A stretch of DNA of 64,000 nt, taken from IMG/VR virus record IMGVR_UViG_3300005739_000025; one strand, given 5' to 3'. The notes beneath the pieces are model-generated. The model had not been told where the DNA came from, did no database searches, and saw only the letters and a program-made list of their open reading frames with translations. Positions within the stretch are counted from its first letter, which is position 1; the number at the start of each line of letters is the position of its first letter. A program made the position numbers and the translations under genes. Below, piece after piece: positions 36,696 through 47,235 of the stretch. The DNA comes from a virus. Lineage: Duplodnaviria; Caudoviricetes.

Positions 36696-36914
36696 TTATT
36701 TTTCCTTTTTATTTTTTCTACTCTTCTTCTTTTTGCCTCTCCAAGCATCATTTCTAGAATAAATTCCCAATACATGAGGAACTCTTGAATCCCCAGAAGC
36801 GTAAAAATCTGTATTACCTACTTCACCACCATGCCCGAATGAACCGCCAGTTCCAAAAACACCTCCAGCACCTGCAGCGTTCATTTCATGTATGTAGGAC
36901 TTAAAACTCTTCAT
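36696..36914 (-). CDS. Small late protein with basic C-terminus
   Basis: MKSFKSYIHE leader; TAAATA upstream. Confidence 0.6.
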   Translation of the reverse strand: MKSFKSYIHEMNAAGAGGVFGTGGSFGHGGEVGNTDFYASGDSRVPHVLGIYSRNDAWRGKKKKSRKNKKEK

Positions 36915-36954
36915 ATATTGATTATTTAATAAATTATACTATACTTTGTAATAT

Positions 36955-37347
36955 ATGTTGTTAGAAAACTATATAAAAGAAATTAAAGAGGATACTATAG
37001 TTAATGAGTTAAACTTAAAAGAAAAATCTCTATCTTTACCAGCGTTAAAAGCCAAATGGGTTGCAAGATTAATCAACCATAAAAATACTCTAAACGAGCT
37101 AGAAAAAAAGAAACGAATTTTAGTAAAAAGATTATTACCACAGGTAAAGGAATCTCTTCCTGTTAAACTTTCTGATAATCTAATTAAAGATGCTGCCGAA
37201 GATACTAAAGAAGTAGCTGAAATATCAGAAAAGATAAACGAACAGAAACAAATTATAGAATTTTTGGAAAGAACAGAAAAAGTAATGACGTCTTTTACCT
37301 ATGATATAGGTAATATTGTCAAAGTGATTCAACTAGAGACGTTATGA
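36955..37347 (+). CDS. uvsY: Recombination mediator UvsY
   Basis: LKEKSLSLPALKAKW...FDIGNIV-like C-terminus; directly upstream of uvsW. Confidence 0.75.
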   Translation: MLLENYIKEIKEDTIVNELNLKEKSLSLPALKAKWVARLINHKNTLNELEKKKRILVKRLLPQVKESLPVKLSDNLIKDAAEDTKEVAEISEKINEQKQIIEFLERTEKVMTSFTYDIGNIVKVIQLETL

Positions 37348-38798
37348 TAGAGTTAGATTACTGTAATACTAAGAATAAAGGTATCATTAAAGGTCCTTTA
37401 ATGAAAGAAATAAGAGAGTATTTCTCTGAAAAAAATGAAGCCGCTAAATTTTTAAGACATAGATTTAAATTTATACCACAAAGAAAATATGTTATAACAC
37501 CTACAGGTAGATTTAATGTCGGTTTAACATATGAGATTATTAGCTTTCTCAAAAACACATACCCACAAGAGAAATTTAACGTTACAAAAGACTTATTAAA
37601 TGTATCTACACCCAACTCGTGGTATGAATATTTTAAAAATAATTTGGATATCTTAAAATTAAACTTAAATCTTTACGATTATCAAGAAGATATAGTTAAA
37701 AGATGTTTAGTTTCTGGTCGTGGTACTATAGTTTTGGCAACTGCTGGTGGTAAGACTTTAATTACCTCATCGTTGATCAATCATGCGAGAAACACTCTCT
37801 ATAAAGATAAAAAATCCTTTAGATGTTTTGTTATTGTACCTTCTCTTTCACTAGTTGAGCAAACAATAGATAAATTTAATGAGTACGGGGTCAATTTTAC
37901 GTACTCAAAATGGACAGGCAACAATCAATTAAACTTAGGTACAGATGTTGTAGTGTGTAATTTAGGCATTTTACAAAGTAAAAACACAGACATAACCATA
38001 TTACAAAATATTGACCTACTTATTGTAGATGAAGTACACATGCTTAGACAGAGTAATAATTTTAATAAAATTATTGATGTTGTGGAAACACCTCACAAGT
38101 TTGGATTTACTGGCACGTTACCAGAATCTAATGTAGATAAATGGAATATTGTAGGTAGGGTTGGTCCATTGCTTTACGAGCGTAAGGGTTATGAGCTTAG
38201 AAAAAATAATTTCGTATCTAATGCACAAGTTTCTATCTTAGAGCTAAACTACAAAACAAGACCACCACAATCTCATAGCGTTATTGATAAGTATAGATCT
38301 GAATTAGAATTCTTAATTTTTAGCGAATACCGTAACAAAGTAATAAGTAAAGTATGCGACAACGCTAAAAATAATATCTTAATAATGGTAGATTATATTA
38401 GACATGGTGAAAAAATTTACAACATTCTTAAAGAAAATTTATCTGAAAGTAAAGAAATCTACTTTATTCAGGGCTCAGTTGATACTGATGTTAGAGAGAA
38501 AATTAGAAAAAAGATGGAATACAAAGATAATGTTGTGTGTATTGCCATATCAAAAATATTTTCAACAGGTATTGATATCAAGAATTTACATTATATAATT
38601 TTTGCAGGAGGTGGAAAAGCTAAAATAAAAATTTTACAAAGTATTGGACGTGGGTTGAGATTACATAAAAATAAAAACGTTTTTAGTATTATCGATATAC
38701 AAGATCAACTCCATTACAGCATTAACCACGGTAAAAAAAGAATAGAATTTTATGTACAAGAAAAAATCCCTTACCAAAAAACAACCCTCTCAGAGTAA
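37344..38798 (+). CDS. uvsW: SF2 DNA helicase UvsW
   Basis: LYDYQ, LATAGGKT, IVDEVH, GFTGTLP, STGIDIKNLH, LQSIGRGLR. Confidence 0.92.
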   Translation: MIELDYCNTKNKGIIKGPLMKEIREYFSEKNEAAKFLRHRFKFIPQRKYVITPTGRFNVGLTYEIISFLKNTYPQEKFNVTKDLLNVSTPNSWYEYFKNNLDILKLNLNLYDYQEDIVKRCLVSGRGTIVLATAGGKTLITSSLINHARNTLYKDKKSFRCFVIVPSLSLVEQTIDKFNEYGVNFTYSKWTGNNQLNLGTDVVVCNLGILQSKNTDITILQNIDLLIVDEVHMLRQSNNFNKIIDVVETPHKFGFTGTLPESNVDKWNIVGRVGPLLYERKGYELRKNNFVSNAQVSILELNYKTRPPQSHSVIDKYRSELEFLIFSEYRNKVISKVCDNAKNNILIMVDYIRHGEKIYNILKENLSESKEIYFIQGSVDTDVREKIRKKMEYKDNVVCIAISKIFSTGIDIKNLHYIIFAGGGKAKIKILQSIGRGLRLHKNKNVFSIIDIQDQLHYSINHGKKRIEFYVQEKIPYQKTTLSE

Positions 38799-39300
38799 AA
38801 AGTTAGACTCTGCTCCAGTGGTTGCTGAAGTTGCCGTTACTAAACGTAAGAAGAAAAAATCTGTATCAGATAAAGACCATTACGTTAATGGTAGAGAATT
38901 TGAAGATGCAATTAAGGGTTATTATTCTTCCGATAAAATTACAGCTTATCTAGGCGAAAGTTTGAGAAAAATAGCTGTCGGATTATCTTATGCTCCAAAC
39001 TTTATTAACTATTCCTTTAAAGACGACATGATCGGGGACGCAGTATTAAAAATGTATCAAGCATTAAAGCATAAAAAATTTAAATTAGATCATGGTTTTT
39101 CACCGTTTAGCTATTTCACAACCATTGCATTTCATGCATTTATATCTAGAATTAAAAAAGAGAAAAAGCACCATCAAGTTATAGAAGATTATAAAGAGAG
39201 ACAATATAATCTATTAATTAACTCTGATGAAGATATGAGATCTCATAGAGTTTATACTAAACCTAGCAATGTCGATCACGACATATATAATGAAGATTAA
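38752..39300 (+). CDS. 55: Late-transcription sigma factor gp55
   Basis: HYVNGREF, IAVGLSYAPNFINYSFKDDMIGDA, PFSYFTTIAFHAFISRIKKEKK. Confidence 0.92.
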   Translation: MYKKKSLTKKQPSQSKKLDSAPVVAEVAVTKRKKKKSVSDKDHYVNGREFEDAIKGYYSSDKITAYLGESLRKIAVGLSYAPNFINYSFKDDMIGDAVLKMYQALKHKKFKLDHGFSPFSYFTTIAFHAFISRIKKEKKHHQVIEDYKERQYNLLINSDEDMRSHRVYTKPSNVDHDIYNED

Positions 39301-40343
39301 TGAGTAATGCTAAATGGGCAGTCTTTACAGATCTGCACCTAGGGGTACATCAAAATAGCTCAGTATGGCATAAAATTGCTTTGGATTGGGTTGATTGGTT
39401 TGTAGCAGATTTAAAAGAAAAGAATATAAACCAAATTATATTCACTGGAGACTTTTTTCATTCTCGTTCTGAGATATCCGTTAATACTATACACGTAGCG
39501 GCAGAATTTTTAAGTAAGCTTAAAGGTTTTGATATAAAGATGGTTGTTGGTAACCACGACAGCTACTATAAACAAAAAGCAGAAGTACATTCCCTTTCTA
39601 TTCTATCTGGTTATTCCAATATAGAAATATTTGATAAAGTTTCTGTTATAGATATTAACGGTAAAAAGGCGACCTTCTGTCCTTGGGGGTTCGACTATGG
39701 TGATGTTAAGGATTGTGATATAATCTTTGGACACTTTGAGATTGAATCATTTAAGATGAATGCTCATAAGTTGTGTGAAGAAGGTTATAAACCTAAAGAT
39801 CTCTTAAAGAAAGCACCTTTAATATTCTCTGGCCACTTTCACTTAAACGAAGAGCGTGAATATGAAGAAGGTAAAATCATTTACGTTGGTAGTCCTTTCC
39901 AACTAGATTTCGGTGAAAGAGATTGTAATAAAGGTTATTATATTATTGACTTTAAAGATCTTTCCTACAATTATTTTACTAATAACAAAACACCAATACA
40001 TAAAAAACTATTAGTTTCTGAAATTATAAACGGGGAAGAGCTTAAAGAAGAATATAAAGAACTGATTAAAAATAACTTTGTAAAGATTGTTATAGATACA
40101 AATATTGAACAAAAAATCTTAGACAATATAATACATCTATGCAACAGTTATTCACCCTTGTCTCTCACTGTTGATCCCTTAGTAAACTATAATCTAACAA
40201 ATGATCAAGAAGGTACAGATCTTTCCGGTGTAGACATATCCAAAGCGATAGTAGAGTTTGTTAATCTTCTCGATATTAAAGAGAAAGAAGAAGTAACAAA
40301 ACATACATTATACCTTTACAACCAAGCATTAAAGCATGACTAA
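39300..40343 (+). CDS. 47: Recombination endonuclease subunit gp47 (Mre11/SbcD-like)
   Basis: FTDLHLG, FTGDFFH, VGNHD, FGHFE, FSGHFH, YVGSP. Confidence 0.92.
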   Translation: MSNAKWAVFTDLHLGVHQNSSVWHKIALDWVDWFVADLKEKNINQIIFTGDFFHSRSEISVNTIHVAAEFLSKLKGFDIKMVVGNHDSYYKQKAEVHSLSILSGYSNIEIFDKVSVIDINGKKATFCPWGFDYGDVKDCDIIFGHFEIESFKMNAHKLCEEGYKPKDLLKKAPLIFSGHFHLNEEREYEEGKIIYVGSPFQLDFGERDCNKGYYIIDFKDLSYNYFTNNKTPIHKKLLVSEIINGEELKEEYKELIKNNFVKIVIDTNIEQKILDNIIHLCNSYSPLSLTVDPLVNYNLTNDQEGTDLSGVDISKAIVEFVNLLDIKEKEEVTKHTLYLYNQALKHD

Positions 40344-42141
40344 GAGAGTAAATTTTGAAAAGCTAGTTATAGAAAACTTTTTATCTATTGGAAATAAACC
40401 AGTAGAGATTAATTTTCGTTCTGGTTTACATGTTATAACCGGTATAAACAAAGACCAAGCTGATAGAAGAAATGGTATTGGTAAGAGTACGATATTGGAT
40501 GGTTTGAGTTTTGTATTGTTTGGCTCTACATTAAGAGAGCTTAAAAAAGAATTTGTAATAAACAATATTACAAAAAAGACTTCAAAGCTTACGTTAACGT
40601 TTTCTATTACTGAAAACAATGTAACAAATCACTACGAAGTTTTTAGATCAATAGAACCTAGTAAGTGTTATTTATACGAGAACGGTGTTGATATTACTCG
40701 TGACTCTATGGTTAATACTACAGAGTATATACAGAATATATTAAAACTTACTCCAGAAGTATTTCAAAACTGCATAGCTATGACGTTGAATAATATGATT
40801 CCGTTTATGGCTAAGAAAAAGATAGAAAAGAGAAAATTTATTGAAAGCATTTTTAATTTAGAAATCTTTAGCGAAATGAATAGCAATTTAAAAGTAGAAT
40901 TGCTCGAAGCTAAAAGAGAATTAGATATTAAAAATGGTAAGTATGAGGAGATTAAAAACTTCTTTAATGCACTCACCACACAAAACGAAAATAAAGAAAA
41001 AGAAAAACAAAGCAGAAAAGAAACTTTAAATAAACGACTTACAGATAATCAGAAAGAAATAGAACAAATTGATGCTAAAATCGATAAACACCAAAAATTA
41101 GATCTCACATCTGTTAAAGAAAAAATACAATTAGCTAACGAAAAGATTAATGAATTAACCACAAAGATTAATACCGTCGGTAAAGAAATTACATCGATAG
41201 AAACAAAAAGAGATTTTAGTAGATCATCCTTATTGAAGATTGGCACAGATAAAGAAACCTGTCCAGTATGTCTTAAACCGGTAACTGAAGCAGATAAGGA
41301 CCATATTAAAAATAAGAAAAAAACTTTTAATGATGAAATTAAGGCTTTTGAAAAAGATATTAAAGTGTTAGAAGAAAAACTTAATATTTACGAACAGTCT
41401 AAACATAAATTAAACGAAGCAGTTAATAAACTTAATGAAATCGTCAACAAGCAAAATGTTCAAAATGAACAGAAAAAACATTTCTTACAAAGAAGAAAAC
41501 AACTAGAAGATTACATTAAAGATATAGAAAAAGATTTAGAGGACTTAGATAAAACAAATACCGATTTTGGTAAGGCACTAAATGATCAAAAGGTAAAGTT
41601 AGATGATATAACAGCGGCATTAGAAAAAGACCGTCATAATATTAACATACTTGACTACGTAAAGTTCGTTTTAAGTGAAGATGGAGTTCGTAGTTATATT
41701 GTTAAGAAGATCTTGACTCTGTTTAATAACAAGCTATCACACTATCTTCGTAAGTTAAACTCTAATGCCTTTATAGCTTTTGATGAGTTCTTCGAAGAGA
41801 CTATAGTTAATAATAAAAACGTTCAAATGAGTTACTTCAATTATAGCGGTGCTGAAAAGAAAGTAATAGACCTTGCCATCATGTTTACATTTATAGAAAT
41901 GTTAAGATTACAAAGTGGTGTTATATATAATGTTCAGTTTTATGATGAGCTATTAGATACAAGTCTTGATGAAGCTGGTGTAGAGCTGGTTGTGTCATTG
42001 CTAAACGAACTCACCCAAACATTTGATTACGGTATATATATTATATCTCATAGGAAAGAATGCTCAAAACTCTCTACAGGAGACGTTATTTTCTTAGAAA
42101 AGAAGCAGGGTATAACTAAAAGAATACCCTTTGAAGGATAG
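40336..42141 (+). CDS. 46: Recombination endonuclease subunit gp46 (Rad50/SbcC-like)
   Basis: RNGIGKST Walker A, CPVC zinc hook, YSGAEK signature, FYDELLD. Confidence 0.93.
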   Translation: MTKRVNFEKLVIENFLSIGNKPVEINFRSGLHVITGINKDQADRRNGIGKSTILDGLSFVLFGSTLRELKKEFVINNITKKTSKLTLTFSITENNVTNHYEVFRSIEPSKCYLYENGVDITRDSMVNTTEYIQNILKLTPEVFQNCIAMTLNNMIPFMAKKKIEKRKFIESIFNLEIFSEMNSNLKVELLEAKRELDIKNGKYEEIKNFFNALTTQNENKEKEKQSRKETLNKRLTDNQKEIEQIDAKIDKHQKLDLTSVKEKIQLANEKINELTTKINTVGKEITSIETKRDFSRSSLLKIGTDKETCPVCLKPVTEADKDHIKNKKKTFNDEIKAFEKDIKVLEEKLNIYEQSKHKLNEAVNKLNEIVNKQNVQNEQKKHFLQRRKQLEDYIKDIEKDLEDLDKTNTDFGKALNDQKVKLDDITAALEKDRHNINILDYVKFVLSEDGVRSYIVKKILTLFNNKLSHYLRKLNSNAFIAFDEFFEETIVNNKNVQMSYFNYSGAEKKVIDLAIMFTFIEMLRLQSGVIYNVQFYDELLDTSLDEAGVELVVSLLNELTQTFDYGIYIISHRKECSKLSTGDVIFLEKKQGITKRIPFEG

Positions 42142-42173
42142 TTGAAAGTTTTATTAAAGAAGTAAATAGATTT

Positions 42174-43412
42174 ATGTTTTTTCAAAAAAGTCCTATGATG
42201 ATGTCGCCGTTACAGCGTAACGCGCAAAAAATGACACCAACCTCTCCGATGATGCCAATGCAAGTGCCTGGAGCTCCGGGTCCGATGGTACCGCCAGAGA
42301 GCAATTTACCAAGAGCTATTCAATATTATGCTGATTATTCTGGTTGTGGTTTCTGGAGAATGATTTGGCCTGAACATATTATTAATGCTTATAATCATTG
42401 TACTGTTCATGGTAGTACAGTAATGTGTCTTGATCCCAGATGGTATGTTCAAGCTAAGGTTGTAAGAATACAAAGACAAGCAACAGAACATCAACTTCAA
42501 TTCGTTAAATTCCTTAAAGAAGTCCAAAGCCAAGTAGGATTCAGACTCATTTATGAAATCGATGATTTAGTATTCCATGAAGATATTCCCGAGTATAATA
42601 AATTTAAGCCAGCGTTTACTGATCCAAAGATCAGACAAAACATTTTGGAAATAATGAATCTCTGCGATGAAGTTACAGTAACTTGTCAATTCATGAAAGA
42701 TTATTATGAAGGTAAGACTGGACATAAAAATGTAACAATTATACCAAACTATCCACCAAAAATGTGGATTGGTAATCACTATGATCCTAAATGGATTTCA
42801 GATTCATATGATCAATTTCAAAGCAAGCCACGTATTTTATATGCTGGTTCTGGGGCACACTTCGACGTTGATAATAGAGTAGGTCAAAACGATGACTTTG
42901 CACACGTTATTAAAGCAATTGCTGACACAGTTGATAAGTTTCAGTGGGTGTTCCTCGGAGCATTTCCATTGCCGCTTAGACCTTTTGTTGAGTCTGGTAA
43001 AATAGAGTTTCACCCGTGGGTAAATCTCTACAACTATGGAGAAAAGATTAAAAACTTACGTATTAATATGATGGTTGCTCCATTACAGGACAACAACTTT
43101 AATAAATCTAAGTCAGATTTAAAATTAATTGAAGCTAATGCATTTGGTATTCCTATTGCATGTCAAAATCTTTGTACATATGAAGATGCACCATTTAAAT
43201 TTGATACAGGTGAAGAAATGATAGAGGTCGTTAAAGAAGTCTTAAGTAAGAAAGGTAGATATATGAATCTATCTGCAAAAGCTAGAGCTACAGCCAATAC
43301 AAGGTGGCTTGAGAACGAAGATAATCTTAAGGCCTATGTAGAGCTCTTTACCTTACCATGGGGCGACAAAAACAGAACTAAACTAAATGTTATTAACGGC
43401 ATTACCGTTTAA
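42174..43412 (+). CDS. GT-B fold glycosyltransferase
   Basis: DYSGCGFWRMIWP, RIQRQ, IYEIDDL, APLQDNNFNKSKSDLKLIE; TAAATA 5 nt before ATG. Confidence 0.75.
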   Translation: MFFQKSPMMMSPLQRNAQKMTPTSPMMPMQVPGAPGPMVPPESNLPRAIQYYADYSGCGFWRMIWPEHIINAYNHCTVHGSTVMCLDPRWYVQAKVVRIQRQATEHQLQFVKFLKEVQSQVGFRLIYEIDDLVFHEDIPEYNKFKPAFTDPKIRQNILEIMNLCDEVTVTCQFMKDYYEGKTGHKNVTIIPNYPPKMWIGNHYDPKWISDSYDQFQSKPRILYAGSGAHFDVDNRVGQNDDFAHVIKAIADTVDKFQWVFLGAFPLPLRPFVESGKIEFHPWVNLYNYGEKIKNLRINMMVAPLQDNNFNKSKSDLKLIEANAFGIPIACQNLCTYEDAPFKFDTGEEMIEVVKEVLSKKGRYMNLSAKARATANTRWLENEDNLKAYVELFTLPWGDKNRTKLNVINGITV

Positions 43413-43722
43413 TATTGCTGTAATATAAATAGCAAATACTAGGATAGGTAAAGAAAATCAAAAAAGGCCACCATAATGGTAAAGAAAATAATACTGTAAA
43501 TACTAAACCGACAACAAGCGATAACCAAAAACTTAAGCATATAAAACAAGAAATTAATTTACCTAAAATTTTTGATTTAATAAAAATTATATCATCAAAT
43601 TGATCCGGCATTAAATCTTTTTTAAATAATATTTTACCTAAAGTAATTTTTAAAGGTGAAAAAAACCATAAAAGTAGTACGCTATTGACGGTCAATAGTC
43701 CTATTAAATAAAAAAATATCAT
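43402..43722 (-). CDS. Small membrane protein, DUF1360-like
   Basis: LGKLISCFICLSFWLSL motif plus TM helices. Confidence 0.55.
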   Translation of the reverse strand: MIFFYLIGLLTVNSVLLLWFFSPLKITLGKILFKKDLMPDQFDDIIFIKSKILGKLISCFICLSFWLSLVVGLVFTVLFSLPLWWPFLIFFTYPSICYLYYSNIKR

Positions 43723-44021
43723 AATTTGTTAGCAATGTAAGAAGATATTATATTTAAATATTTTCTTTTTACGTGTTTTTCTACACATTTAAAGCACAAA
43801 TCTCTATTTTTTAATCCCTCTATTTCATTTAAATATTCTTTTCTCAACTCTTCACAATCAGGGATTATTTCTGGACAAACTTTTTCTTTATCAAACATTT
43901 CTTCACCAATAGTAAATAATTTAGAAATTTTGCCTATGTTTTTACAAGTCGGTAATATATATTGTAAAAATACAAATATTAATAAGCTAAAAAATAAAAA
44001 GTAAATTATTAAATTTGTCAT
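43719..44021 (-). CDS. TM-anchored Cys-motif protein, paralog of 44018..44218
   Basis: CPEIIPDCEELRKEY...CFKC...KY. Confidence 0.6.
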   Translation of the reverse strand: MTNLIIYFLFFSLLIFVFLQYILPTCKNIGKISKLFTIGEEMFDKEKVCPEIIPDCEELRKEYLNEIEGLKNRDLCFKCVEKHVKRKYLNIISSYIANKL

Positions 44022-44218
44022 ATACTAGGTTGTGCTAAAGATAATATTATAGTAACATATTTATTTCTCAAGCTTCTTTCAACGCATGAGCTACAAACTC
44101 CTTGCTCCCTATACCTGTCCAACTCTTTTTGATACTCCAGTCTTATTCTTTCACAGTTTGGTATTTCTGCGGGACATGGCTCGTCAAAGTTAAAAAATTT
44201 AAGTTGAATATCCTCCAT
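44018..44218 (-). CDS. Small Cys-motif protein
   Basis: CPAEIPNCERIRLEY...CSSC...KY. Confidence 0.65.
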   Translation of the reverse strand: MEDIQLKFFNFDEPCPAEIPNCERIRLEYQKELDRYREQGVCSSCVERSLRNKYVTIILSLAQPSI

Positions 44219-44250
44219 AAAAATATATAATTATCTAGTAATAAAAATCA

Positions 44251-46815
44251 ATGAGTTATAGAAATCTTGCTTATGATCCTAAAAATGAGTCGGTAAAGCT
44301 ATTTACTTGGGACGAGCACGGTAATAGAACATCTTACGATGTTTCGTATAACCCTTATCTCTATATAGAATCACATAATAAAGCGGATAAGAAAAGCATC
44401 TTTAATACTCCTCTTAAAAAGAAGGCATTTAAGAATCAATACGAGAGGTCAAAATACGTAAAGGAGTCTAATATTAAGAGACTTTTTGGCAATTTAACTA
44501 TTAATCAACAATTTTTAATAGATATGTTCTGGCAAGATTATGAGAAGCCAGAGTTCGTAAGAAATAATTTAAAGATAATGTTTTTGGATATTGAGACTTA
44601 TAGTGTAGAAGAATTTTCAACCCCCGAAAAGGCAGATCACCCTATTAATCTTATTACCTGTTATGACTCTCTTACAGAAAAATATATCACGTTCGGTCTT
44701 AAAAAAGAATACACACCTAAGCATTCAGATGAAAAGTATATCTGTTGTTTTAATGAAAAAGAGCTCTTATTAAAGTTTATAGATTATTGGTCTAAAGACT
44801 ACCCTGACGTTGTTTCGGGTTGGAACTCACATGGGTTTGATATTCCATATATCATTAACAGAATTACAAATATGCTCGGGTTTGAGTATGCTCAAAAACT
44901 TTCACCAGTAGGTAGAGTTTACAATAGATCAATGAAAGGTCAGTTCGGTAGAGAGCAAATACGCTGGTATATTGATGGACTTTCAAGCGTTGACTACCTG
45001 GATGTTTATAAAAGATTCGCTCCGAACCGTGAGAGTTATAAGCTGGATAACATCGCAAGACTTGAATTAGATGAGCAAAAAGTTGATTATGGTAGCACAA
45101 ATTTATCCGATTTAGCAGATACAAATTGGGAACTATTTGTAGATTATAACATTCAGGACGTTAAGCTAGTAGTTAAATTAGAGAAAACTTTAAAGTATAT
45201 TGAGTTATTAAGAATGTTATCTGTTGCTGGTCTAACGACTATGGAAGCTGCAATGGGCTCTATGACGGTTATTGTAGGTGCTTGTGCGATTAGAGCTCGG
45301 CAACGCGGTGAAATTATACCAACTTTTATTAGACCTCCCGATGATGGATCGCAAAATGCTGGCGCGTTTGTTAAGGATCCTGAGTCAGGTTTTCAGAAAA
45401 ATGTTGTGAGTTTTGACGCTAATTCTTTGTACCCAAACACAATGATTACGTTAAATTTGTCTCCAGAAACGAAGATAGGTAAAATTGTTGAGAAAGATGA
45501 CAGACAAGTAACCATTAAAGATGTTAATAATAACAATTTCAAACTGGCTATAGATAAGTTTGCTAAACTAGTTAAAGATCAAGAGTTAGCAATCTCTCGC
45601 GCTGGTGTATTATTCTCACAGAAGAAGAAAGGGTTAATCCCAGAAGTCGTCGACCATTACTATAATAAACGGGTAGAAGTTAAAAAAGAACTTAATAAAC
45701 TAAAAAGAAAATTAGCTCAGAACCCGGGTGATAAGCAGCTTGAGATAGAAATTAATAGGTTAGATATTAAACAATTAACAATTAAGATCTTTATTAACTC
45801 AGTGTATGGAGCGTTAGGCAATAAAGTATTTCCACTCGGTGATGACGACTTAGCTGAAAGCATTACACTAACAGGTCAAGCTGTTATTAAGGAAAGCGCT
45901 GAAATTGTTAAAAGGTACATTCAAAATAAAATCGGTAAGGACCCCGGTGAGGTTAACAAGTATTCAGATACAGACTCATGTTATTTTGTGCTGGATGAAC
46001 TAGTTCATCATATGAATATCGTTCCAGTAAAAAATAATAAGATTACAAAAGAATTTTATAATGTAGTTGAAGACGTTACGGAGTATCTCAATCAAGAAAT
46101 AACAGCTTGGGGTAAGAAAGTACTTAATAGCAAGGATTGTAGATTTATATTTAAGAGAGAGAAAATTTGCGACGTTGCTCTATTTTTACAGAAAAAAAGA
46201 TACGTCTTACATGTGCTGGACGACGAAGGCATTCCTTCTAATGAATTTAAATACGTTGGGGTAGAGGTTAAAAGAACTACAATGCCTGCAAGTGTTAAGC
46301 CTATAGTAAAAGAGATTATTGAAACAATGCTGCTCACACAAAACCAACAAGAGACAAATAAAATTGTTGAAAGAGCTTACGAAACATTTGTTAACTTACC
46401 CGTTGAAGAAATAGCAGAAACCTCAGGTATTAAGGGTTTAGAAAAGTATGCTAGCTTATGTGAAGGTTTTAAAACAAGTAAAGGAATGCCACATCACGTT
46501 AAGGCAGCTTATTTTCATAACGTTTTGCTATCTAAATTTGATATAGAAAAAAAATACGAAAAGATTCAATCCGGCGATAAAATTAAGCATTTTCAAGTTA
46601 AAACTCCAAATAGATATGGTATCAAAAAGATTGCCTACAAGTATTATTATCCTGAGGAATTTAAAGACTCGTTTCAGCCAGACCATGAAAAAATGTTTGA
46701 GAGGATTGTTTATTCTGTTGTAGAAAGATTTTACGATTGTGTAAAATGGAAGGCTAAAAAACCTGGTGAAATGTTTCAATCAGATTTATTTGACTTATTA
46801 AGTTTTGATAGTTGA
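44251..46815 (+). CDS. 43: Family B DNA polymerase gp43
   Basis: Exonuclease motifs DIET, GWNSHGFDIPY, YNIQDV; polymerase motifs SFDANSLYP, KIFINSVYG, YSDTDS, KKRY. Confidence 0.96.
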   Translation: MSYRNLAYDPKNESVKLFTWDEHGNRTSYDVSYNPYLYIESHNKADKKSIFNTPLKKKAFKNQYERSKYVKESNIKRLFGNLTINQQFLIDMFWQDYEKPEFVRNNLKIMFLDIETYSVEEFSTPEKADHPINLITCYDSLTEKYITFGLKKEYTPKHSDEKYICCFNEKELLLKFIDYWSKDYPDVVSGWNSHGFDIPYIINRITNMLGFEYAQKLSPVGRVYNRSMKGQFGREQIRWYIDGLSSVDYLDVYKRFAPNRESYKLDNIARLELDEQKVDYGSTNLSDLADTNWELFVDYNIQDVKLVVKLEKTLKYIELLRMLSVAGLTTMEAAMGSMTVIVGACAIRARQRGEIIPTFIRPPDDGSQNAGAFVKDPESGFQKNVVSFDANSLYPNTMITLNLSPETKIGKIVEKDDRQVTIKDVNNNNFKLAIDKFAKLVKDQELAISRAGVLFSQKKKGLIPEVVDHYYNKRVEVKKELNKLKRKLAQNPGDKQLEIEINRLDIKQLTIKIFINSVYGALGNKVFPLGDDDLAESITLTGQAVIKESAEIVKRYIQNKIGKDPGEVNKYSDTDSCYFVLDELVHHMNIVPVKNNKITKEFYNVVEDVTEYLNQEITAWGKKVLNSKDCRFIFKREKICDVALFLQKKRYVLHVLDDEGIPSNEFKYVGVEVKRTTMPASVKPIVKEIIETMLLTQNQQETNKIVERAYETFVNLPVEEIAETSGIKGLEKYASLCEGFKTSKGMPHHVKAAYFHNVLLSKFDIEKKYEKIQSGDKIKHFQVKTPNRYGIKKIAYKYYYPEEFKDSFQPDHEKMFERIVYSVVERFYDCVKWKAKKPGEMFQSDLFDLLSFDS

Positions 46816-46845
46816 TTTTTTAATTATTAAAATTAAATTAAACAT

Positions 46846-47199
46846 ATGAAGAAAATAATCCTATTCATTGATCACGTCGGTTACACTGTAGTAGCTGAAG
46901 AAGTTAGCTCTGATGAAAAGAGCCTTGTTGTAAAGAACCCATCAGTTCTCCAAGCATCGCCCAATAATCAAAACCAACTTCAAGTTCAGTTGTTGCCTGT
47001 GCTCTTTAAGGAGTTTGTTGATTCTTCAGTAAGAGGTAAGGGTGTTACATTTACTTATCCTAAGGATAAAATTGTTGTTTCTGACGCTGACTTAGATCAG
47101 AGACTTAAGCAACAATATGAGCAAATGTTTACTGATACACCAAATGCTCAAGGTGCTAAGCCCTCTGAAGAAGTAATCAAACTTTTTGACGACGAATAA
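46846..47199 (+). CDS. Hypothetical early protein
   Basis: 117-aa ORF; TTGATT-N16-TAAATT upstream. Confidence 0.65.
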   Translation: MKKIILFIDHVGYTVVAEEVSSDEKSLVVKNPSVLQASPNNQNQLQVQLLPVLFKEFVDSSVRGKGVTFTYPKDKIVVSDADLDQRLKQQYEQMFTDTPNAQGAKPSEEVIKLFDDE

Positions 47200-47200
47200 G

Positions 47201-47228
47201 TTGAAATACAGAAATACTACTATATACT
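47201..47228 (+). promoter_or_regulatory. sigma70-like promoter TTGAAA-N16-TATACT for uvsX
   Basis: Near-consensus -35/-10; ATG 7 nt downstream. Confidence 0.65.
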
Positions 47229-47235
47229 TTCTTGT

